From: Candidatus Sysuiplasma superficiale
GTDB taxonomy: Archaea; Thermoplasmatota; Thermoplasmata; Sysuiplasmatales; Sysuiplasmataceae
DNA: 64,000 bases
Reading direction: 5' to 3'
NCBI GenBank assembly: GCA_019720975.1
Contig: JAGVSJ010000009.1
Location: 4,065-68,064 of the forward strand
Shown here one piece after another: positions 18,153-26,008 of the stretch. A program made the translations under genes and the position numbers. Numbering within the stretch: the first letter of the stretch is position 1; the number at the start of each line of letters is the position of its first letter. Below the pieces are notes generated by a model. That model searched no databases. It saw only the letters and a list, made by a program, of their open reading frames with translations, and was not told the DNA's origin.

Positions 18153-18852
18153 TTTTCCTGAAATATTCGGAAAGCTGAGCGAATATTATGCCCGCCGGCG
18201 ACTGTACACTGCCCTCGACAAGGTGGCGCGGCAGGACGAGCCTTTCAGGGTACTCATTTCCACAGTAATATCACAGAGGACGAAGGATGAGGTGACGGAG
18301 AAGGCCTCCAAAAGGCTCTTCTCCAGGTTTCCAACAATACAGTCGCTTGCTGCTGCACAAACAAAGGACGTGGAAGAATGCATAAGAGACGCTGGTTTCT
18401 ACAGAACAAAATCCACCTGCATAATTCAAATAGCAAAAATTATTGAGAGAAGATACGGATGTGCGGTTCCTGACTCAATTGAGGAGATGATGGAACTTCC
18501 TCTGGTTGGCAGAAAGACAGCAAACTGCGTGCTCGTATACGGCTTTGGGAAGGCTGCGATTCCTGTGGACACACATGTCCACAGAATATCCAACAGGTTG
18601 GGAATTGTGAGTACTCGGAATGTTGAAGAGACAGAGAGAGAATTGCGCAGGCAAATACCGCGTCGTTTCTGGATTGGCATAAACGAACTGTTTGTCCTTC
18701 ACGGCAGGAGTGTCTGCAGACCGATTTCTCCAAGATGTGAAATATGTCCCGTTTCCGAACTGTGCGCTTTTTTCAGGACAGGGAAAAGTGGAGAAAGACG
18801 CAGCAGTAAAGGCGTGAGCTCCGGCAGAAAGGGTGTCAGTAATGTACTTTAA
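18124..18852 (+). CDS. nth: endonuclease III (HhH-GPD DNA glycosylase)
   Basis: HhH-GPD core (LPLVGRKTANCVL, VDTHVHR) and the 4Fe-4S loop CRPISPRCEICPVSELC. Confidence 0.9.
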   Translation: MAKNSGSRNDFPEIFGKLSEYYARRRLYTALDKVARQDEPFRVLISTVISQRTKDEVTEKASKRLFSRFPTIQSLAAAQTKDVEECIRDAGFYRTKSTCIIQIAKIIERRYGCAVPDSIEEMMELPLVGRKTANCVLVYGFGKAAIPVDTHVHRISNRLGIVSTRNVEETERELRRQIPRRFWIGINELFVLHGRSVCRPISPRCEICPVSELCAFFRTGKSGERRSSKGVSSGRKGVSNVL

Positions 18853-18860
18853 GAACCTCT

Positions 18861-18870
18861 GTTATTATAA
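18861..18870 (+). promoter_or_regulatory. candidate TATA box for tRNA-Gly
   Basis: GTTATTATAA is centred about 20 nt upstream of tRNA position 1. Confidence 0.35.
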
Positions 18871-18883
18871 CGCGTTTTCCGGA

Positions 18884-18957
18884 GCGAGGTTAGTCTAGTC
18901 TGGTTAGGACATTAGCTTGCCAAGCTAGTAAGGCGGGTTCAAATCCCGCACCTCGCA
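18884..18957 (+). tRNA. tRNA-Gly (anticodon GCC)
   Basis: Hand-folded cloverleaf. Acceptor GCGAGGT/ACCTCGC, D stem GTCT/GGAC, anticodon stem TTAGC/GCTAG with loop TTGCCAA, and T arm GCGGG-TTCAAAT-CCCGC. Discriminator A, 74 nt. CCA is not encoded (followed by CCT). Confidence 0.9.
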
Positions 18958-19107
18958 CCTGCGATGGAAATAGTTTGGGTGACAACTACCCTCTTAGATT
19001 GAGAGGAGAAAAAATTCAGCACTTCGTTGGCGTCCTCGCAGATAGTGTAGCGTGGCAGGTGGACGCGCAGTATTCGAAAAGAAGTCCCTCATGGAAGGAG
19101 CGTGATT

Positions 19108-19311
19108 TCATTCATTTTTGTAGATGTATCTGCCAATCGCACCTCTAAGACGCGGCAGGATTATAGACAGGGCAGTTAACTCAAGCACCGAACTGACATA
19201 GACCGCGGTTAGAAACAGAAAAGAAAAATGGACTGTAAGGCTGGCAAACCTGCTCGCTACAACGTCAAAAAGATACATTACAGACAGCACAGCACCTATC
19301 CAGATGTTCAA
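19108..19311 (-). CDS. small hypothetical two-TM protein
   Basis: 67-aa ORF (TTG start) with two hydrophobic segments. There is no homology evidence and it could be spurious. Confidence 0.25.
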   Translation of the reverse strand: MNIWIGAVLSVMYLFDVVASRFASLTVHFSFLFLTAVYVSSVLELTALSIILPRLRGAIGRYIYKNE

Positions 19312-19459
19312 TTAACTCCCCTCGCATCCAGTCAATGAACGACCTGAGGAAGGTACACGCCTTCCCGGGTTAGCCTGTGAGTCCTAAGCGCACCTGATAT
19401 AAGAGACTGCTGGCCTACGGGGAGGGGACCATCAGGAGCAGTGCGTCTGAACATAACTG

Positions 19460-20661
19460 TCATTCTGAGACGAAACTGAAGGCTATCTCCGCAAGTGACG
19501 CTGTACCCAGCTTCAAAACTGATTCATCTACACTGAACCTTGAACTGTGGTTCGGGTAAATGCACCCTTTTGATGAATTGTATGTTCCAAGAAAGTAAAA
19601 AACACCCGGTGCTTTCTGAAGGAAACGCGAAAAATCCTCAGCACCCATCAAAAGACCCGATCCATTACCCTTGCTCCCGGTATTCTTCTGAGAAGTCTCT
19701 GCACACGCGCAGTGGCTCTCTTATCGTTGACAGTGACAGGATAAGCATTTTCCTTGAATTCGACATCACAGCGCGCCCCAAAAGAGGAGCATATCTTCTT
19801 CGCAATTCTGGAGACCGAGACCTTAGAGTGTCTGCGGAGAGCTTCATTAAAGGTTCTGATTGTACCTTCCAGAATCGCTTCATCGGGAATTATATTATTC
19901 TTTGAGCCGCTGTGGAAACTGCACACAGACAAAACAAATGGCTCGCGGGGATCCACGTTTCGGGAACGCACTCCCTGCAGGGCTGTGACAAGCTGGGAAC
20001 CGATGAATATTGGATCAACAGTTTGATGAGGTGCAGAGCCATGGCCTCCCTTTCCATGGATGGTTATCTTGAAAAGATCAGGTGCAGCCATTATTGGTCC
20101 GGGCCTGAGTGCAAATGAGCCTGAAGGATAATCAGACGTTATGTGCAGACCGAATATGTAGTCGACCTTCGGGTTTTCCATCACGCCGGCCTCGATCATC
20201 GGAAGCGCACCGCCAATACCTCCGTCCTCCTCTGCAGGCTGGAAGATGAGTTTCACGCTGCCATTAAGTTCGTTTTTGTGCATGTTAATTATTCGTGCTG
20301 CGCCGAGGAGCATGGCCACGTGCGTATCGTGCCCGCAGGCGTGCATTAAGCCAGGTTTCATGGATCTGAAAGGGACGTCGGTGAGTTCATTGAGAGGGAG
20401 TGCATCCATATCGGCCCTCAATCCTATACATGGGCTGGGCAGCCTTCCTTCGATTAGACCCACGACACCGTAGCCGCCGACATCTGACTTGAACCTGATA
20501 CCGTACTCCTTCAGTTTGGACTTTATTAATTCGGATGTCTCCCTTTCATCGTAGGAAAGTTCAGGATTCTGATGTACTGCCCTCCTTATGTCTATTATAT
20601 CCTCTTCAAGCGAGGAAGCTTGCTCAAGAAATGATGACACACAACGGTATTGTTTCCGCAA
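19460..20661 (-). pseudogene. M20D amidohydrolase/carboxypeptidase (CpsA/HipO-like) interrupted by a 1-nt frameshift
   Basis: ORF 19648..20661 carries the M20D N-terminal and central parts (MHACGHDTH, FQPAEE). ORF 19460..19651 encodes the conserved C-terminus (MGAEDFSRFLQKAPGVFYFLG...YPNHSS.F). The two frames join perfectly if the T4 run (plus-strand A4 at 19650-19653) were T5. Confidence 0.75.
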
Positions 20662-20730
20662 TATAAATGCACAATGGATGGCGGCACACTTTACAACCCT
20701 GTGGAAACATTTGAAAAATATGTGAGTATA

Positions 20731-21510
20731 TCATCCTCCCATGACTGATGATTCATATCCTGCATCGGATACTGCCTTTGCAACATCTTCCGGCCTCAGT
20801 GTCTTTGGTATTCGGGCCGTAGCCTTCTTATCCTTCAGCGAAACCGAAGGAGACTCTGCACCAATACTCTCAAGTGTAGCCCTGACTGTAGTTGCGCAGC
20901 TTTCGCAGGTCATGCCCTCCACTCTCAGTGCAACGTCAACAAAGTCATCCCCTGAACCCGAGAGCCTGTTCGCGACATCAGTGAGTTTCAGCCTGAGATG
21001 AGGCTCTTTCACCTGCTTCAGGAATTTGTCGACTATACCCGGAAGATATTCCCTGCAACACTTACCGCTAGGATTGGTAACGAAACACCACTTTCCGGTC
21101 CCTGCTCTGGTGTATTCCTCTATGTCCTCAAGCGAATCGCAGCATCCCTTGCTGAGTATCTCCGTCTTTATTTCTTCCTCGGTGACGCCCATACAGTAAC
21201 AGACAGGCCTGGGAGAAGCCATTTCCTTCAGCGCGTATGGTGTTTTCACCTCGTCGTTGAAGAAATAAAGACCATCAGCGTTGCTGTAATAGATGACATT
21301 GCAGTCAGGCTCAGGTGAAAATCTGTAAGTATCGTCAACAAGTGACCAGTATCTTACGTCAACATGATTTCTCATTGTTGTTGGAAAGACCTTTGTGCCC
21401 TTTGTTCCGCAAACTAGGCAGTACTTATCTGCATTTGACCTGTCTCTCGATACAGCCTTCTCATATTCAGCGGATTCTGCAACCCTTTTTCCTTTGACAG
21501 ATTTCATCAT
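20731..21510 (-). CDS. CopZ-like metallochaperone: Cys-rich N-terminal domain plus C-terminal HMA domain
   Basis: C-terminal HMA fold with GMTCESC. Upstream are about 10 Cys (YCLVC, VCYCMGV, GCCDS, WC...GKCC), resembling the Zn/[2Fe-2S] N-domain of Archaeoglobus CopZ and BFD-like domains. The start is taken at ATG 21510 because the longer ORF (to 21711) would overlap the divergent regulator. Confidence 0.6.
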   Translation of the reverse strand: MMKSVKGKRVAESAEYEKAVSRDRSNADKYCLVCGTKGTKVFPTTMRNHVDVRYWSLVDDTYRFSPEPDCNVIYYSNADGLYFFNDEVKTPYALKEMASPRPVCYCMGVTEEEIKTEILSKGCCDSLEDIEEYTRAGTGKWCFVTNPSGKCCREYLPGIVDKFLKQVKEPHLRLKLTDVANRLSGSGDDFVDVALRVEGMTCESCATTVRATLESIGAESPSVSLKDKKATARIPKTLRPEDVAKAVSDAGYESSVMGG

Positions 21511-21672
21511 AAGTCTCACGGAAGCGTATGGGGACTGGAAGGTAATAAACAGTACAGTAAAAGATTTTATAGCTGATTCAGAGAGACGGAAGATCGTATG
21601 CATAGAGCTGGAGCGTAAGTGTGTGTATTGGGCCGGCGATTTTGAAATAATTGATCGGTTATTCCAATCAAT

Positions 21673-22062
21673 ATGGAACAGACTGACGGAAGAGCACGCA
21701 TGATAATCCAAAACGGGAAAGAAACATGCGCCCTACCGTCAGAGGGAATTCTAGGTATGCTGCGAAAGAAGTACAGTATACTTATAATTGGTCTTCTAAG
21801 AAACGAAAAGGAAATCAGATTCAACATGGCGCTTGAAGGCATAGGAAAGACGAGAGCCAACCGTCTTTCAATACGTCTCAGGAGACTAGAAACACTGGGA
21901 CTTATGGAGAGAAAGGTGGAACCATGGAGATCATTTTCATTTGAATATTCTCTGACCGCAAGAGGGTTGGATTCGGAGAACGTCATATTCCGCCATTCGA
22001 TTGAATTGAACATACCTGAATTTGGAGAATCGGCGCATTTTGCTGCGGGCAGGAAAATGTAA
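21673..22062 (+). CDS. HxlR-type winged-helix transcriptional regulator
   Basis: CALPSEGILGMLRKKYSILIIGLL...FEYSLTARG follows the HxlR/DUF24 wHTH pattern. It is divergent from the CopZ-like gene. Confidence 0.55.
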   Translation: MEQTDGRARMIIQNGKETCALPSEGILGMLRKKYSILIIGLLRNEKEIRFNMALEGIGKTRANRLSIRLRRLETLGLMERKVEPWRSFSFEYSLTARGLDSENVIFRHSIELNIPEFGESAHFAAGRKM

Positions 22063-22073
22063 GTGCCGGAGAT

Positions 22074-22568
22074 ATGATAATGAGAAGTGAAAATTCTGAA
22101 AGCCACGAGATGGAGATGAAGATTCGGAGATATCTGGTTTTTCTTGCAGTTTTGCTGGCAATGATTGTTGCCATAACATACAACAACAATTTTTTGCTTG
22201 CACCGCCCTATGCTGTGACTGCCTATCTGCTTGTTTTTGAACGGGAAAGTAAATTCTCAAAAGCGGGCAACATAGCTGCCTCCTACATATTCGTCATCAT
22301 CAGTTCGGAAGCAATCCATCTCACCTTGGGCATCAGTGCATCAGCGCTGGTGCTGAATCTTGTTGCTGTTTCGCTTTTCATTTCATTCACAAAGTACAGT
22401 CATCCACCTGCTCTCGCACTCACGATCTTTTCATATATCGCACACAATTCAGTTGAGTTCACAATAACATCCTTCGTTGTCCTCGCGATTGCAATAACAG
22501 CAGATGTGCTGATTAAGTGGAGTCATGCCATCGATAGCAGAGATGCGAAATCAGAACATCCGGGCTGA
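22074..22568 (+). CDS. HPP-family membrane protein
   Basis: Four TM helices with the YSHPPALALT (HPP) motif. Confidence 0.55.
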   Translation: MIMRSENSESHEMEMKIRRYLVFLAVLLAMIVAITYNNNFLLAPPYAVTAYLLVFERESKFSKAGNIAASYIFVIISSEAIHLTLGISASALVLNLVAVSLFISFTKYSHPPALALTIFSYIAHNSVEFTITSFVVLAIAITADVLIKWSHAIDSRDAKSEHPG

Positions 22569-22606
22569 AGACCACATATACAACGTTATGGAACGGGCAA
22601 CGTGGT

Positions 22607-22942
22607 TCATGAAATTCTCTGGCCTGGGCTCACGTCTCTTTCAGGGCACAGCAGGACAACACCACCCTCTATTGGCACCCCAAGAACCAGAACCTCCGAA
22701 ATATAATTGGCTATCTGCCTTGGTTTGAGGTTAACAACCGCGACTACATTTTTGCCTATGAGCTGTTCAGGCTCATAGAAATCAGTAATCTGTGCGCTGC
22801 TCTTCTTCATTCCGAGAGGCCCAAAGTCTATAAGGAGTTTGTATGCAGGCTTTCTTGCCCCGGTGAAATAGCTGGCTTCCACTATCTTTCCTGTCCTTAT
22901 GTCAACAGAATTGAAGGTCGAAATATCTATTTCATCTGACAT
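22607..22942 (-). CDS. csaA: tRNA-binding domain protein (CsaA/EMAP-like)
   Basis: VDIRTGKIVEA...ARKPAYKLLIDFG...SSAQIT...VVAVVNLKPRQIANYISEVLVLG closely follows the CsaA pattern. The ORF is open to 22966, and ATG 22942 fits the homologue length. Confidence 0.8.
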   Translation of the reverse strand: MSDEIDISTFNSVDIRTGKIVEASYFTGARKPAYKLLIDFGPLGMKKSSAQITDFYEPEQLIGKNVVAVVNLKPRQIANYISEVLVLGVPIEGGVVLLCPERDVSPGQRIS

Positions 22943-23240
22943 GCGCTGACCATACATCTGCTTCATATTTAATCCAACAGCAAATCGATCCCGTCAGCAA
23001 TCGTAGCAGGCAGCGCCACATATACAGTGATATATTGCCTTCACAAGAGTGCCTTTCACCTCTGAATGAAGCTTCATGCTCTTTCCACAGTATCTGCATT
23101 TCCTCTCCAAGAACAAACACTGCCCTAGGCTCTTATCGGATTCCAGATATAACAATTATTGCTTCTGATAGAGAGGTAGCAATACCACTGCATGGAAAGT
23201 AGTTTCAGTTACAGGATGTTTCAAGCAGGTTCACACGACT

Positions 23241-23597
23241 TCAAGAACCGCATCCACAGCCGCAACCGCCACCGCCACAGCCACATCCGGCACCGTTTGA
23301 GACCTTTATATTCGGGTTATTTATTGTGAAACCGCCACCTTCGATTGTTTCAACATAATCGATTTCAGTGCCATCCAGATGGTTTGCGCTCTCCTTGTCG
23401 ACAACGATCTTGACACCGCCCTGGACCATCTCTATGTCCTGTGACGGATCGACATTTTCATCAAAAGCCATCCCGTACCTGAAGCCATGATCGGCTGCTG
23501 TTAGGTAGACCCTGAGCAGTAAGTTCTTGTTGTCCTGTTCCGCTATGAGGGCCCTCACCTTGTCACTAGCTCTTTCGGTCAATACCAGGCTGACCAT
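23241..23597 (-). CDS. A-type Fe-S cluster carrier (HesB/IscA family) with extended Cys-Gly tail
   Basis: LTERASDKVRALI...LRVYL...GF.YGMAFD...IDYV...GGGFTINNP core. The C-terminus reads GAGCGCGGGGCGCGCGS. The start (23597 or 23618) is uncertain, and the ORF is open to 23717. Confidence 0.8.
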   Translation of the reverse strand: MVSLVLTERASDKVRALIAEQDNKNLLLRVYLTAADHGFRYGMAFDENVDPSQDIEMVQGGVKIVVDKESANHLDGTEIDYVETIEGGGFTINNPNIKVSNGAGCGCGGGGCGCGCGS

Positions 23598-23748
23598 ATC
23601 TACCACTCGTTTTTCCATTGAATTCAATGTATTTAAACATTCATTAGCGGGAAAACATACAGCGAAACGGCATGTCAGGTCGGATCCTGTCCCTTCGAAT
23701 TCCGTTTCCTGCTGCAAATGATTATGAATGTCTCACCGATGAAGGGAC

Positions 23749-26001
23749 ATGCCTGAAATGCGTTCGACGGGGCAGGCGAAGGATATTGACGCTGTATCCG
23801 CTTCTTTCAAATTGAAAGGCAGCAAAGGGAAAGATATACTGATTAGATTCACTCAGTCTGGAAAGAACTGCCTTCGAATGAACATTTCCGGTCCTCAACA
23901 TACTCCACGTGGCAGCAGCTTCAGAAATTTCAGGAATGGCAGGATCGGCAGATTCGATATCAGCACGGGTGAAGAATCAGCCGCTCTAAGAATTCGTTTC
24001 AGAAACAGGAACACGATCACAATCCCGAACTATCTTCCCATCGGAAAGAAAGGCTTACCGGAGGGGTTATCGGTGACAGACGGCGGCGTCACTGTGCCTT
24101 TCGAAATAGACGAAGATGAAGGCCTTTACGGACTTGGCGAATTCTTCGGCGACATAAACAGAAACGGCCAGGAGCTGTCAGTGAACGTCAGGGATTCGTT
24201 TCAGCTTCCGAACGACGAAACTTATGTCACTTACCCGTTCTTCTGGAGTACTAAAGGATACGGTATTTTCGTCAACACCAGCAGTATTGTCACATTTGAT
24301 TTTGGTCATAACTTCAAGGGGATAGGTGAGATGAAGGTGGACCGGCAGCCGATCGAAATCTATATTTTTGCCGGAAAACCGAATGAAATACTGAAAGCAT
24401 ACTGGAAAAAGACGGGAACACCGCAGATACCGCCTCTGTGGTCCTTCGGGCTCTGGATGAGCAGGTGTTCCTACCGCAATCATGATGAACTGCTTTCCGT
24501 TGCGGAGGAGATCAGGAGAAAGCACATACCATGTGATGTCATTCATCTCGACCCGGACTGGCTTCGAAGGCCCCTTCCCCATTCACTGCAGGAGTTGATG
24601 AAGGAGAAGGGCATAGATCCTGAGAGCTATGCCGCGAATTACGGAAATCCGGCTGTCCTGCTTGAAAGATTGAACCGGGACTTTCCCGAATATATGAGAG
24701 AGAGGGGGTACCCCGGTGAGGGATGCACTTTCGAGTGGAATACGGATGCCTTCCCTGTGCCTCGCAAAACCATCGAGTCTCTTCACAGACTGTCCTTCAG
24801 ACTGTCGCTCTGGATCAACCCTTACATTCCGCGCGGCACGGATATTTTCAACCATCTTCTTGAAGAAAACCTCTTTGTCACCGATTCTGACGGCGTGCCC
24901 GTATCCATGTTCGACCGTATGACACACGACTTTGGTGCAGTGGATTTCACAAATCCTGAAGCCAGGAAATGGTTTTCGGCAAAGGTGACGGATCTTCTTG
25001 AAATGGGAGTGGATGTTCTCAAAACAGACTACGGAGAAGGTGCCCCGCTTGATGCTGAATATCACAGCATGAAGGGTGAGGAGGCGCATAATATCTATCC
25101 CACTCTCTACAATGAAACAGTCTTCGCAGCAGTCGCAGAAAGGAGAGGGGAGGGCATTGTATGGGGAAGATCCGGCGGTATAGGAATACATAGGTTTCCT
25201 CTGCAGTGGGGAGGTGACCCAGGATGCCGCAAGAGGGATATGTACGCATCCCTTCGAGGAGCGCTTTCCTATGCGCTATCAGGAGGTGCTTTCATGAGCT
25301 TTGATATCGGAGGATTTGCAGGAACGCCCGAACCGGAGCTGTACGCCAGATGGGCGCAAATGGGTCTTCTGTTCTCACATTCAAGGGCGCACGGCACTAC
25401 ACCGAGGGAGCCATGGTTTTTTGGCCAAAGGGCGGAAAGGGTATTCATAGAGTATGACCGCCTGAGATACGCTCTCATCCCCTATCTTTACTCGCAGTCT
25501 CTGAAATCCATAAGGGAAGGCAAAACGCTTGTGAGGGCACTTGTGTCTGAATTTCCGGGAGATCCGTTTGTCAGGAATATGCAGGATGAGTACATGCTGG
25601 GTGATTACCTTCTGGTTGCTCCCCTGACAGATGGAGACAGAAGAACTGTTTATCTTCCGGAAGGGAAATGGTATGATTTCTGGACAGGAGAGATGTTTGA
25701 AGGCCCCTCATCTCTGGATTACAGCGCACCCCTCGAAGTAATTCCACTCTTTGTGAGAGACGGTGCCTCATTGCTTATCTCACTGACAGGATCGGAGCAT
25801 ACAGATGAAAATATCTTCGCCCGGATGGAAATAATATTCTTTGGGACGCCAGAAACGAGGACTATCGGCCTCGGAAAATATGGGACAGTGAATGTGCACA
25901 GGGGTGGAGGAGGATACAGTGCCGAAGGAAGAGGAAGCATCGCAGGTTCTAAAATAACTGTAAGGAAGTTTTCTGCTTCGAGAAGGAAAAAAGTTTTGTG
26001 A
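23749..26001 (+). CDS. glycoside hydrolase family 31 (alpha-glucosidase/alpha-xylosidase-like)
   Basis: GH31 catalytic region: GLWMSRCSY, IHLDPDW, KTDYGE and WGGDPG. Confidence 0.85.
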   Translation: MPEMRSTGQAKDIDAVSASFKLKGSKGKDILIRFTQSGKNCLRMNISGPQHTPRGSSFRNFRNGRIGRFDISTGEESAALRIRFRNRNTITIPNYLPIGKKGLPEGLSVTDGGVTVPFEIDEDEGLYGLGEFFGDINRNGQELSVNVRDSFQLPNDETYVTYPFFWSTKGYGIFVNTSSIVTFDFGHNFKGIGEMKVDRQPIEIYIFAGKPNEILKAYWKKTGTPQIPPLWSFGLWMSRCSYRNHDELLSVAEEIRRKHIPCDVIHLDPDWLRRPLPHSLQELMKEKGIDPESYAANYGNPAVLLERLNRDFPEYMRERGYPGEGCTFEWNTDAFPVPRKTIESLHRLSFRLSLWINPYIPRGTDIFNHLLEENLFVTDSDGVPVSMFDRMTHDFGAVDFTNPEARKWFSAKVTDLLEMGVDVLKTDYGEGAPLDAEYHSMKGEEAHNIYPTLYNETVFAAVAERRGEGIVWGRSGGIGIHRFPLQWGGDPGCRKRDMYASLRGALSYALSGGAFMSFDIGGFAGTPEPELYARWAQMGLLFSHSRAHGTTPREPWFFGQRAERVFIEYDRLRYALIPYLYSQSLKSIREGKTLVRALVSEFPGDPFVRNMQDEYMLGDYLLVAPLTDGDRRTVYLPEGKWYDFWTGEMFEGPSSLDYSAPLEVIPLFVRDGASLLISLTGSEHTDENIFARMEIIFFGTPETRTIGLGKYGTVNVHRGGGGYSAEGRGSIAGSKITVRKFSASRRKKVL

Positions 26002-26008
26002 AAGAGTT

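Noticed and set aside
18958-19107. Possible integration hotspot or mobile element downstream of tRNA-Gly, or a C/D-box sRNA
   Set aside because: No integrase, no direct repeat of the tRNA 3-prime end, and no RUGAUGA/CUGA box pair found on either strand.
19312-19459. Possible TPP riboswitch or SRP RNA fragment
   Set aside because: The plus strand has CACCTGAT and CTGAG/CTGTGAG strings reminiscent of the TPP element. However, the invariant CUGAGA...ACCC and the CUGG-AUAAU-GCCAG-CG-AGGGA pyrophosphate helix are not reproduced. No plus-strand gene follows, the minus strand does not match, and at 150 nt it is too short for an archaeal SRP RNA. It is kept only as an unclassified structured spacer.
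21567-22260. Minus-strand ORFs 21567..22106 and 21937..22260
   Set aside because: Antisense to the HxlR-like and HPP-family genes, with no recognisable features.
23241-23294. GGN/TGY repeat as a CRISPR-like or satellite repeat
   Set aside because: It is a short in-frame coding repeat at the 3-prime end of the IscA-like gene, not an array of spaced repeats. No CRISPR array exists anywhere in the window.
24583-25191. 202-aa minus-strand ORF inside the GH31 gene (also 24178..24582)
   Set aside because: Antisense to strongly conserved GH31 catalytic motifs, with no features of its own.
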